From IMG/VR virus record IMGVR_UViG_3300030450_002974, positions 1 to 34,806 of that record: 34,806 bases of DNA, one strand, 5' to 3'. This stretch comes from a virus (Duplodnaviria > Caudoviricetes). The translations under genes and the position numbers were made by a program. Shown here one piece after another: positions 28,206-34,742 of the stretch. The notes under the pieces were generated by a model that was not told where the DNA came from, ran no database searches, and worked only from the letters and a program-made list of their open reading frames with translations. Numbering within the stretch: the first letter of the stretch is position 1; every line of letters begins with the position of its first letter.

Positions 28206-29042
28206 TTACTTTTTCTTAAAAAAAGGCGGTTTACAATGGTCTAGAAATCTACAATAATTGCAATTCCAATCCTCTACAGGACTGAATTTTTCTCTAAACA
28301 TTGGAAGACCTTTTTTATGTTCTTCGTTTACGTTAGTCCAAAAGGCTTTTGCTCTTTCAAGCATAACCATTGGAACTTGGTAAGACCTCATCTGTGAATT
28401 GTCTTTATTGTAGTAGTACAACCACATACTATCAAGTCTACCAAATTTTTCTTTAATAGCTAGCCCATAAGTACCTAACTGCAATTCTTGGTGTACAGAA
28501 GCATTAGGGTTAGGATTTTTCCAGCCAAACTTTCTTGACCAGGAATAGCTAGCCATAGTTTTAAAATCAATTAAATGAACACTACCATCATCTTCACTAA
28601 CCGCCACCAAATCATAAAAACCTCTGACGTTTAAGGAAGTGATAAACACTTCACCTTCAATGTGATATTTAAAACTTTCTTTTTGTATATTATATATATC
28701 TTTTTCTTTACTATATATAGATTCTTCATATGTAGTATTACTACTTATAGTATTACTACTTATAGTATTACTATATATAGTAGTATCGGAAAGGGCTTGC
28801 TGTAAATCATCATGTACAATTGTACCTAATCTCATAATTCTAGATGATTTTTCATTAGCTGGATTTGTAGTAGGGGCAAGCTCAATAGATTCGTAGTACA
28901 GCTTCCTTGAACAAGTACCCGCTCCAGAAGCATGGTAATGGCTTTCTTTACCAACATACCTTTCTTTGTAGTTTTCTTCGTTTTTTCTTACAATATGGTC
29001 GTTATAGATAGATTCTATATCAACAGGACATTTACTTTTCAA
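28206..29042 (-). CDS. Cas4-like PD-(D/E)XK exonuclease (four conserved Cys)
   Basis: ASGAGTCSRKLYY, GTIVH, GFYDL...IDFKT, QLGTY, CNYCRFLDHC; TTG start with GGAG. Confidence 0.85.
   Translation of the reverse strand: MKSKCPVDIESIYNDHIVRKNEENYKERYVGKESHYHASGAGTCSRKLYYESIELAPTTNPANEKSSRIMRLGTIVHDDLQQALSDTTIYSNTISSNTISSNTTYEESIYSKEKDIYNIQKESFKYHIEGEVFITSLNVRGFYDLVAVSEDDGSVHLIDFKTMASYSWSRKFGWKNPNPNASVHQELQLGTYGLAIKEKFGRLDSMWLYYYNKDNSQMRSYQVPMVMLERAKAFWTNVNEEHKKGLPMFREKFSPVEDWNCNYCRFLDHCKPPFFKKK
28709..28786. repeat. Palindromic 15-bp tandem repeat in an AT-rich patch; candidate replication origin
   Basis: TAGTATTACTACTTA at 28733 and 28748, TAGTATTACTATATA at 28763; CTATATATAG palindromes at 28711 and 28771. 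Confidence 0.7.
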
Positions 29043-29050
29043 GGATTCTC

Positions 29051-29218
29051 CTAATTTTCAGAAACAAATGATTCGATAAGTTCTGCTATAGCTTTATTCA
29101 TGGAAGTTCCACGAGAATAGCAAGCTCCTTTAAATTTATTCCAAAGGTTTTTATCCATATTTGTTATGATTACGTTCTTTTTTGTTTTGTTCTGTTCTTG
29201 AGTCTCAAGATTTCTCAT
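29051..29218 (-). CDS. Ribbon-helix-helix (Arc/ParG-like) regulator (55 aa, not in track)
   Basis: MRNLETQEQNKTKKNVIITNMDKNLWNKFKGACYSRGTSMNKAIAELIESFVSEN*; AAGGAG upstream. Confidence 0.7.
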   Translation of the reverse strand: MRNLETQEQNKTKKNVIITNMDKNLWNKFKGACYSRGTSMNKAIAELIESFVSEN

Positions 29219-29247
29219 TATTTAACTGCTCTCCTTTTCCTTTTTTT

Positions 29248-29282
29248 ATATGTAGGGCAATTTAAGTAATCGCCCCACATAT
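29248..29282 (-). promoter_or_regulatory. 5'-leader hairpin (15 bp, two G-U pairs on the - strand)
   Basis: AUAUGUGGGGCGAUU-ACUUA-AAUUGCCCUACAUAU just downstream of the predicted -10. Confidence 0.6.
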
Positions 29283-29290
29283 TGTTATAT

Positions 29291-29322
29291 ATTTTATTAA
29301 TGCTTAAGTTAATAAACAACAT
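29291..29322 (-). promoter_or_regulatory. Sigma70-type promoter of the replication operon
   Basis: TTGTTT (29319-29314)-N17-TAAAAT (29296-29291); shares ATGTTGTTTATTA with the promoter at 34202-34214. Confidence 0.6.
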
Positions 29323-29394
29323 TTATTATAATAATCTTCTAATAAAATCATAAAAAATAAATAATACCATTAATCCTAATACTAATTCTGTCAT
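29323..29394 (-). CDS. Small membrane peptide (23 aa, not in track)
   Basis: MTELVLGLMVLLFIFYDFIRRLL*; GGAGG SD; ATGA overlap. Confidence 0.45.
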
Positions 29395-29594
29395 TTTACC
29401 TCCTTAACTTTTTTCTTTGGTATATAATGCGACCCAAATGTTGCTATAAACATATCCATTATTTCATCATCTGGAATCTCTGCATATGGCTTAGTTCCAA
29501 ACAATAATATTTCTTGTATATCTCTCAGCATCATATTTTCCGCCTCTCTAAAAGACAGCATATCTCTCATTTCTCTGTAATTTGGAGCCTTCAT
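29391..29594 (-). CDS. Hypothetical early protein
   Basis: 67 aa; GGAGG SD; ATGA overlap. Confidence 0.65.
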   Translation of the reverse strand: MKAPNYREMRDMLSFREAENMMLRDIQEILLFGTKPYAEIPDDEIMDMFIATFGSHYIPKKKVKEVK

Positions 29595-29815
29595 TTTACC
29601 TCCTGTATTTTATGTATTAATTCTAATGATTCGTTTATCTCTTCTTCAAAGCCATCAGTTATAGCTCTTAGCCCGTCTAAAACTTCTCGTTCTTCGGGTA
29701 CAGAATAATCAAGAATATTGTTTATATCCATAAAAATATCTTTATAGTCTGAGACAATATCATGATAAGCTTCGACTTCATCTGTAATCATCTTTTTTTG
29801 TTTTTTATTCATCAT
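29591..29815 (-). CDS. Acidic hypothetical early protein
   Basis: 74 aa; AAGGAG SD. Confidence 0.65.
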   Translation of the reverse strand: MMNKKQKKMITDEVEAYHDIVSDYKDIFMDINNILDYSVPEEREVLDGLRAITDGFEEEINESLELIHKIQEVK

Positions 29816-29957
29816 CTTTCTCCTTAAGGGTTTTTACTTGTTTTTGTAGTTTTTCATGTTTCTTTTTCAGTTCTTCGTGGTCATCACGTAATGATTTAAG
29901 CTTAAACTGAAGTTCTTTTATATCTTTATACAAATGGTATCTCATTCCTGCATCCAT
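29805..29957 (-). CDS. Small coiled-coil protein (50 aa, not in track)
   Basis: MDAGMRYHLYKDIKELQFKLKSLRDDHEELKKK...; GGAGG SD. Confidence 0.55.
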   Translation of the reverse strand: MDAGMRYHLYKDIKELQFKLKSLRDDHEELKKKHEKLQKQVKTLKEKDDE

Positions 29958-30115
29958 TATTCTTCCTCCAATCTAATGATTTCATTTTCTTCAAGTTCAA
30001 TACCATATTCATCTTTATAATTGTCCTTAAGATATTGTATTGCTTCCTTTTTATTTTTAGCATCAAAACTGCAACCCCAAGATATTGTTATATCTGCGTA
30101 ATATCTTTTTTCCAT
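29957..30115 (-). CDS. Small hypothetical protein (52 aa, not in track)
   Basis: MEKRYYADITISWGCSFDAKNKKEAIQYLK...; TAATG coupling at both ends. Confidence 0.6.
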   Translation of the reverse strand: MEKRYYADITISWGCSFDAKNKKEAIQYLKDNYKDEYGIELEENEIIRLEEE

Positions 30116-30261
30116 TATTCCTCCTCCTCTTCTTCTTTTATAAATTCAACATTTACTCCATCAAATGTCCACATAAATGGCTCTCTACCATTATGTACCA
30201 ATTGTTGGAATAGCCTTATATCTTCTTCACCTATTGGTATTTGTATTGACTTGTACTCCAT
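30115..30261 (-). CDS. Small acidic protein (48 aa, not in track)
   Basis: MEYKSIQIPIGEEDIRLFQQLVHNGREPFMWTFDGVNVEFIKEEEEEE*; AGGAG SD. Confidence 0.6.
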   Translation of the reverse strand: MEYKSIQIPIGEEDIRLFQQLVHNGREPFMWTFDGVNVEFIKEEEEEE

Positions 30262-30473
30262 TACTTTCTCCTTCCATGTGCTTCTTCTATGTGTGATGAA
30301 GCTAAATCTGCATTAGCCTCGTTAAAATATTCTTTTGGTATTATAAGAATACATTTCTTATCTATATAATTTTTAACAAGTTCTAAATCAGTGCCTATTA
30401 AGGCTACAAGATTATTATCTTTTAGCCATTCTGATAAATAAGAACTATAAGGTTTTTTCCATTTATATTTCAT
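30261..30473 (-). CDS. Hypothetical early protein
   Basis: 70 aa; AGGAG SD. Confidence 0.6.
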   Translation of the reverse strand: MKYKWKKPYSSYLSEWLKDNNLVALIGTDLELVKNYIDKKCILIIPKEYFNEANADLASSHIEEAHGRRK

Positions 30474-30648
30474 TTTTACTCCTTTTTCTTTCTTCTGTTT
30501 TTAAGAATTTAAGCCTCTGCTTTTTATTCATTTTATCAAATTTTACTCTCTCTTTTACATCTGAACATCTGATTATCCAATGGTACCATAATAATTGGTA
30601 GTTCATCTCGTCTACGAGTTCAGACATTTTTTCGCCTGTTGTTTTCAT
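30463..30648 (-). CDS. Hypothetical early protein
   Basis: 61 aa; GAGG upstream. Confidence 0.55.
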   Translation of the reverse strand: MKTTGEKMSELVDEMNYQLLWYHWIIRCSDVKERVKFDKMNKKQRLKFLKTEERKRSKNEI

Positions 30649-30649
30649 T

Positions 30650-30985
30650 TTAACCTACCTCTCTTAAAGTAAAACCCACTTCAATTGGCTCTATTTCTGA
30701 TTTTAATAATTCATCATTATCGTCAATTAAATCAAACTCATTTATAAATTGCTCCAGCTTTTCTTCATCTTTCTTGTTTAAGACAATTTCATATTCAAAA
30801 TCGGTAGTTTCGGGATTACATAACCAAATACTATTACTTCCCTCCACACATGGATAATAATCTCCCGATAAAGTTTTAATGATTTGTCTTTTTACTGCTT
30901 GGGCTACCGCACAACATTCTGTTTGCCCTCTACGTCCAAGTGTTATATCTTCTCTTTTTACTTTTAATATATCGCTATAATACAT
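30650..30985 (-). CDS. Hypothetical protein with V..EDI..G.R....CAVA.A motif
   Basis: 111 aa; GGGAG SD. Confidence 0.65.
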   Translation of the reverse strand: MYYSDILKVKREDITLGRRGQTECCAVAQAVKRQIIKTLSGDYYPCVEGSNSIWLCNPETTDFEYEIVLNKKDEEKLEQFINEFDLIDDNDELLKSEIEPIEVGFTLREVG

Positions 30986-30988
30986 TTT

Positions 30989-31414
30989 TTATCTCCCCTC
31001 TATTAACCAATTATGATTGTCTTCTTCTATCCAACCTATTGCTTGTGCATATTTTCTTAACTCAAGATATGAGAACATAGGAACATCAAGCAGTGAAGTA
31101 ACTTCAGTCCAGTCTTTTGTGTCCATAGTTTGTGTTGCTCTTTTTACCCACAATCCATAATCTGTTCCATGATATACAAACGCATATAACATCTTATTTG
31201 AATAGATTAATTTCTTTGGCTCACTATCCCAATCTATATCGTTTAGTATACCCCTATCATCTAAAGCTTCACTTTTCTTGTATTCTGATATACGCATCTG
31301 TTGCTCATACTCGTAGATTTTTGACCAATCTGTATTATCCATAATGGTCTGATAATCTTCTTGTTCTTCTTTATTTTCTTTCGGCATATGAAATATTAGT
31401 TCTTTATTTTTCAC
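30989..31414 (-). CDS. Hypothetical early protein
   Basis: 141 aa; GTG start with GGAG. Confidence 0.6.
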   Translation of the reverse strand: MKNKELIFHMPKENKEEQEDYQTIMDNTDWSKIYEYEQQMRISEYKKSEALDDRGILNDIDWDSEPKKLIYSNKMLYAFVYHGTDYGLWVKRATQTMDTKDWTEVTSLLDVPMFSYLELRKYAQAIGWIEEDNHNWLIEGR

Positions 31415-31417
31415 TTT

Positions 31418-31714
31418 TTACTCCATTTCTGAGGTATCAAACCCCCATTTTGTTAATTGTTCTTTAATTATACTTGGTAAATCAAATATACCATCATAAT
31501 CTGTAAGTACTCCACCTGTAAACCATAATCCGCCCTCTGCATAATAGCTCATATCACTATCACAATACATTTCAAATGAACCATATTGTTTTATTGCATC
31601 AACTTCTATGTTATATGTTATTTCTTTCTTTTCTCTTTCTGTACTGCCCCAAGAATAATCAAAACATATATTTTCTATTTTCTTTATTGTTTTTTTAAAT
31701 TTCACTTTACTCAT
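31418..31714 (-). CDS. Hypothetical protein with YAEGGLWF...LTDYDG.F.LP motif
   Basis: 98 aa; GAGGA SD. Confidence 0.65.
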   Translation of the reverse strand: MSKVKFKKTIKKIENICFDYSWGSTEREKKEITYNIEVDAIKQYGSFEMYCDSDMSYYAEGGLWFTGGVLTDYDGIFDLPSIIKEQLTKWGFDTSEME

Positions 31715-31967
31715 TTGGCTCTATCCTCTCTCCACAATAAGCTTTATCGTGGTATCTGTATTTTTTGTACGGGTAGTTATGTTTGTAGCACTTATCGCAG
31801 TATAGTCCCGTATATATACCGTATGCGTCATTTCTTGCCCAATTGTGATATTCTAATGGTCTACACATAGGTGTGTAATATTCGCCCGTATGTTCGCATC
31901 TTTTTTCTTTATTGGGATAATCTTTATCGGGTTTCTGACAACCCGCACAATGATATAAGTATTCCAT
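31707..31967 (-). CDS. Cys-rich hypothetical protein
   Basis: 86 aa; CAGC...CDKC; ARNDAYGIYTG motif. Confidence 0.6.
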   Translation of the reverse strand: MEYLYHCAGCQKPDKDYPNKEKRCEHTGEYYTPMCRPLEYHNWARNDAYGIYTGLYCDKCYKHNYPYKKYRYHDKAYCGERIEPNE

Positions 31968-31975
31968 ATTCCCCC

Positions 31976-32275
31976 CTAAAAATTACCTACTATGAATGAT
32001 TCTTCGTCAATTGGTATTACTATTGTCTCGTTTTCTATATCTTCAATACATTCATACTCTTTTCCGTTTTCATCTTGAAATATTTGTAGATTATCATATT
32101 CTGTATATTCACAACAAAGACCAATTACATCAAGCTCTATATCTTCGCCCATATCTGATTCTATGTCTTCCAACCATTCAAATAATGCTTGTAAACCCTC
32201 GTATGAAAATTGTTCGCCTCTTCCATATCTTTGAAATGCCCTTTCAAATCCGTCAAAATTTAATGTAATTTTCAT
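31976..32275 (-). CDS. Highly acidic protein, possible DNA-mimic/anti-restriction factor
   Basis: QFSYEGLQALFEWLE...ELDVIGLCCEYTEY; strongly Asp/Glu-rich. Confidence 0.6.
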   Translation of the reverse strand: MKITLNFDGFERAFQRYGRGEQFSYEGLQALFEWLEDIESDMGEDIELDVIGLCCEYTEYDNLQIFQDENGKEYECIEDIENETIVIPIDEESFIVGNF

Positions 32276-32539
32276 CTACTTATCTTCCTTTCTGAACCCG
32301 CCTTGACTTAGTTCTTTTTGTTTTTTTACACTTTGTGCTAATCTTTCTAAATTGTTTCCTGATAAGCTTCTTAGCCATCTCATAAAGTCTGTTTGCATCT
32401 CTCTAAACTTTTCTATCCTATACTCGTCCACTATCTCAAAATCCTTCCCATATACATCATCTTTAAATTGTATACCATTAACATAAAACGACCATCTTTT
32501 AAGGTCGTACAAATCTACTTCTGTTGATTTCTTTTTCAT
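32276..32539 (-). CDS. Hypothetical early protein
   Basis: Start moved to ATG 32539 (GGAGG SD). Confidence 0.6.
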   Translation of the reverse strand: MKKKSTEVDLYDLKRWSFYVNGIQFKDDVYGKDFEIVDEYRIEKFREMQTDFMRWLRSLSGNNLERLAQSVKKQKELSQGGFRKEDK

Positions 32540-32540
32540 A

Positions 32541-32732
32541 TTATTCTTCCTCCCTGATTTTATGATAACCAATAGAATCTTTTTTCAATTCAAATATTTC
32601 ATTATAGTCTATATGTTCATTGTCCATATATTCTTCCGCTATCTCCCTATTACTTTCTGTTGAATACCATAAAAAAAAATTTTCTATTACATCAACAAGT
32701 CTTTTCTCTACTTCTGTTCTTTTCTTTTCCAT
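32541..32732 (-). CDS. Hypothetical early protein
   Basis: Start moved to ATG 32732 (GAGG SD). Confidence 0.55.
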   Translation of the reverse strand: MEKKRTEVEKRLVDVIENFFLWYSTESNREIAEEYMDNEHIDYNEIFELKKDSIGYHKIREEE

Positions 32733-32733
32733 A

Positions 32734-32991
32734 TTACTCTTCCTCACTTTCACAATAACATTCTTCTATTTCTTCTTCACAATCATCACAAGCTTCTACC
32801 TCAATCTCTTCTACATCAAATGGAGACCAAAATTCAAAACAAAAACTATTCCAACATTCAATATCGCCACAAATATAAGTAGCATATGGAGTTTCTGATA
32901 TATCCGTTTCTGTTGCATCTTGCCCACAACCATATGAACATCTATATTCTGTTGCACAATCGCCATTTATTACTTTTCTTTTCTTTAGCAT
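32734..32991 (-). CDS. Acidic Cys-rich (Zn-finger-like) protein
   Basis: Start moved to ATG 32991, because the track's GTG 33042 lies inside the ribozyme; CSYGC...YICGDIEC...CDDC..C.C. Confidence 0.6.
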   Translation of the reverse strand: MLKKRKVINGDCATEYRCSYGCGQDATETDISETPYATYICGDIECWNSFCFEFWSPFDVEEIEVEACDDCEEEIEECYCESEEE

Positions 32992-33009
32992 TTTCTTTTC
33001 CTTTTTATT

Positions 33010-33085
33010 GCGGTTTGTCTCATCAGTAATACAAATAACCACTCTGTACTATATACCCACAATTTAGATTGTAGGTATTTCGACA
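33010..33085 (-). ncRNA. Type II hammerhead ribozyme with pseudoknot
   Basis: UGUC-GAAA-UACCUACAAU(CUAA)AUUGUGGGUA-UA/UAGUACAGA(GUGGUUA)UUUGUAUUA-CUGAUGA-GACA-AACCGC: full core, three stems, loop I GUGGUU pairs with AACCGC; intergenic. Confidence 0.92.
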
Positions 33086-33211
33086 TTATTTTATGTTTTT
33101 AAGGACTTTTTCTAATTTCCTTAAGTCTTCTATGCTTAGATTATTTATAGCCTCAAAATTGATAGCTTTTTCAAATCCAAATACATCTTTTTTTGTTTCT
33201 TTCTTTTCCAA
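33086..33211 (-). CDS. Small hypothetical protein (41 aa, not in track)
   Basis: TTG start, GAGGTG SD; MEKKETKKDVFGFEKAINFEAINNLSIEDLRKLEKVLKNIK*; stop abuts the ribozyme. Confidence 0.55.
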   Translation of the reverse strand: MEKKETKKDVFGFEKAINFEAINNLSIEDLRKLEKVLKNIK

Positions 33212-33212
33212 C

Positions 33213-33449
33213 TTACACCTCGCTTTCTTCAAATATTGATTCATTTCTTAATGCACTAAATATCCATCTTGGCGGTACGCAACCCATAACATCTTGTTCT
33301 TCTACTTTGCTATACCTTTCCATTGATACCATTGCTTGTGCTACACCGCACAAAAAGTCTACTTCACTAATATTTACACCATTTTTCTTTCTTCCTTTTA
33401 GGCAATCTTCCGCTTCTTCTACTATTCTTTTTCTTAGCTGTTTTTTCAT
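33213..33449 (-). CDS. Hypothetical protein with EVDFLCG...PPRW motif
   Basis: Start likely ATG 33449 (AAGGA SD). Confidence 0.6.
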   Translation of the reverse strand: MKKQLRKRIVEEAEDCLKGRKKNGVNISEVDFLCGVAQAMVSMERYSKVEEQDVMGCVPPRWIFSALRNESIFEESEV

Positions 33450-33468
33450 ATTACTTTCCTTTATTTTT

Positions 33469-33651
33469 TTATACAAATGTATCTATTAGCTCTTTTTCGT
33501 GTCTTTTAACTATTTCATATCTTACTTTATTTCCTACGTTGATATGCTTATCTATGTCTATTAATTTTAAAAGAATTAGTTCTAAATCCCATTTGCTTAA
33601 CTGTTCCATTCTTTCTTCTATTGTTATTTGGTATTTCTTTTTTATTCCCAT
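33469..33651 (-). CDS. Hypothetical protein
   Basis: 60 aa, but starts directly after a terminator with no clear SD. Confidence 0.4.
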   Translation of the reverse strand: MGIKKKYQITIEERMEQLSKWDLELILLKLIDIDKHINVGNKVRYEIVKRHEKELIDTFV

Positions 33652-33659
33652 ATTAATAC

Positions 33660-33694
33660 AAAAAAAACCCGCACAAATTAATGTACGGGCTTTT
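33660..33694 (-). terminator. Rho-independent terminator
   Basis: - strand GCCCGUACA-UUAAUU-UGUGCGGGU followed by a U tract, downstream of ORF 33708-34124. Confidence 0.8.
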
Positions 33695-33707
33695 AGTCCT
33701 CTCTTAT

Positions 33708-34124
33708 TTAGTTATTTGTTGTTTCCCAAGCGTTTGATTCACCTGTTTTTGTTGCTTCTTCCACTACTTCTTCTTCTTTTGTTTTGCTATCATCTATTGC
33801 TTTTTCAATGTTACGCATAGATTGTTGTGCCTCATCAAGATAATCGTTTGCATATCCTGCACTATCATCTGCGTTATCTGCTTCACTTTTTGCGTTATCT
33901 GCATACATACTTGCGTCTTGTACTGAATTAATCGCTCTACTTAAAGACTGCTTAAGGCTATTAATATCTTTATCAATATTAAATGCAATTCCACCCTTAT
34001 CTAAGTCAGTAACGACTTTTACAAGGTTTATTCTTTCAGTCTCTAATTGTTCACATAATGTGTCAATCATTTTACTATCATCAATTAAGCCCTGTACGCA
34101 TTGTCTTACTATTTTATTTTCCAT
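33708..34124 (-). CDS. Acidic coiled-coil protein, first gene of the leftward early transcript
   Basis: 138 aa; heptad pattern with ADNA repeats. Confidence 0.65.
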   Translation of the reverse strand: MENKIVRQCVQGLIDDSKMIDTLCEQLETERINLVKVVTDLDKGGIAFNIDKDINSLKQSLSRAINSVQDASMYADNAKSEADNADDSAGYANDYLDEAQQSMRNIEKAIDDSKTKEEEVVEEATKTGESNAWETTNN

Positions 34125-34182
34125 CTTTTCTCGCTTTCTGTTTTTTTATTTTATCAAATAATTGTGTCCCGAAAGACATATA

Positions 34183-34214
34183 AATATAGATTTATTACAC
34201 ATAATAAACAACAT
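34183..34214 (-). promoter_or_regulatory. Leftward sigma70-type promoter
   Basis: TTGTTT (34211-34206)-N17-TATATT (34188-34183), followed by a UGUCU-UUCG-GGACA hairpin. Confidence 0.6.
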
Positions 34215-34233
34215 AAATATATTTATGTAAATA
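34206..34233. promoter_or_regulatory. Palindromic operator or dif-like recombination core
   Basis: Perfect 18-bp palindrome ACATAAATATATTTATGT (34211-34228) between divergent promoters. Confidence 0.45.
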
Positions 34234-34243
34234 TATAAAAAAG

Positions 34244-34252
34244 TGTTATATT
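34244..34252 (+). promoter_or_regulatory. Rightward extended -10 promoter
   Basis: TG-T-TATATT about 30 nt before the ATG at 34283. Confidence 0.45.
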
Positions 34253-34282
34253 ATTAGTGCGAACAAAAAACAATAAATAACA

Positions 34283-34522
34283 ATGGAGAAAAAAATGAAA
34301 GTATATATAGTATTTTATGATATGTTTGATTCAAGCATAAAAAATATTTACAACACCGAAGAATTAGCAAGAGCAAATTGTGATGGTGATGGTGAATGTT
34401 ATGCAGAATTTAAGGTAATAGAAAAAGATAACATTGATAGAGTAGAAAATAGACTAATTGATTTAATTAAAGGACTTGAGTTAAGAGTTGCAGAAGTTGA
34501 ACGTAATCAAAGAATATTATAA
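34283..34522 (+). CDS. Hypothetical early protein
   Basis: MKVYIV...IYNTEELA motif plus C-terminal coiled coil; the start may be ATG 34295 (GGAG SD). Confidence 0.6.
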   Translation: MEKKMKVYIVFYDMFDSSIKNIYNTEELARANCDGDGECYAEFKVIEKDNIDRVENRLIDLIKGLELRVAEVERNQRIL

Positions 34523-34539
34523 ATAAAGGAGAAAATAAT

Positions 34540-34698
34540 ATGTATGAAGATGAAACAGGAGTTATATTGTGTCACTATTGCGAAGATGAAGCAGTAAGTA
34601 ATATTACAGGTATTAGTGATATGTATATATGTAATGATTCGGAATGTGCTAAAAGTTGCTTGTTTGATAACTTGGGCGAAGAATCAATAAAATATTAA
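34540..34698 (+). CDS. Small Cys-rich Zn-finger-like protein (52 aa, not in track)
   Basis: MYEDETGVILCHYCEDEAVSNITGISDMYICNDSECAKSCLFDNLGEESIKY*; AAGGAG SD. Confidence 0.65.
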   Translation: MYEDETGVILCHYCEDEAVSNITGISDMYICNDSECAKSCLFDNLGEESIKY

Positions 34699-34742
34699 TA
34701 GATAACTTATAAACAAAGAGCATAACAAAAAGGAGTATATAA

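Noticed and set aside
28733-28786. Tandem repeats as a CRISPR array associated with a Cas4-like gene
   Set aside because: The 15-bp units have no spacers, they lie in frame inside the gene, and no other cas genes are present.
23380-33820. + strand ORFs in the right arm and the - strand ORF 25502-25840
   Set aside because: They overlap better-supported - strand genes; the Phe/Ser/Leu-rich composition is typical of shadow frames.
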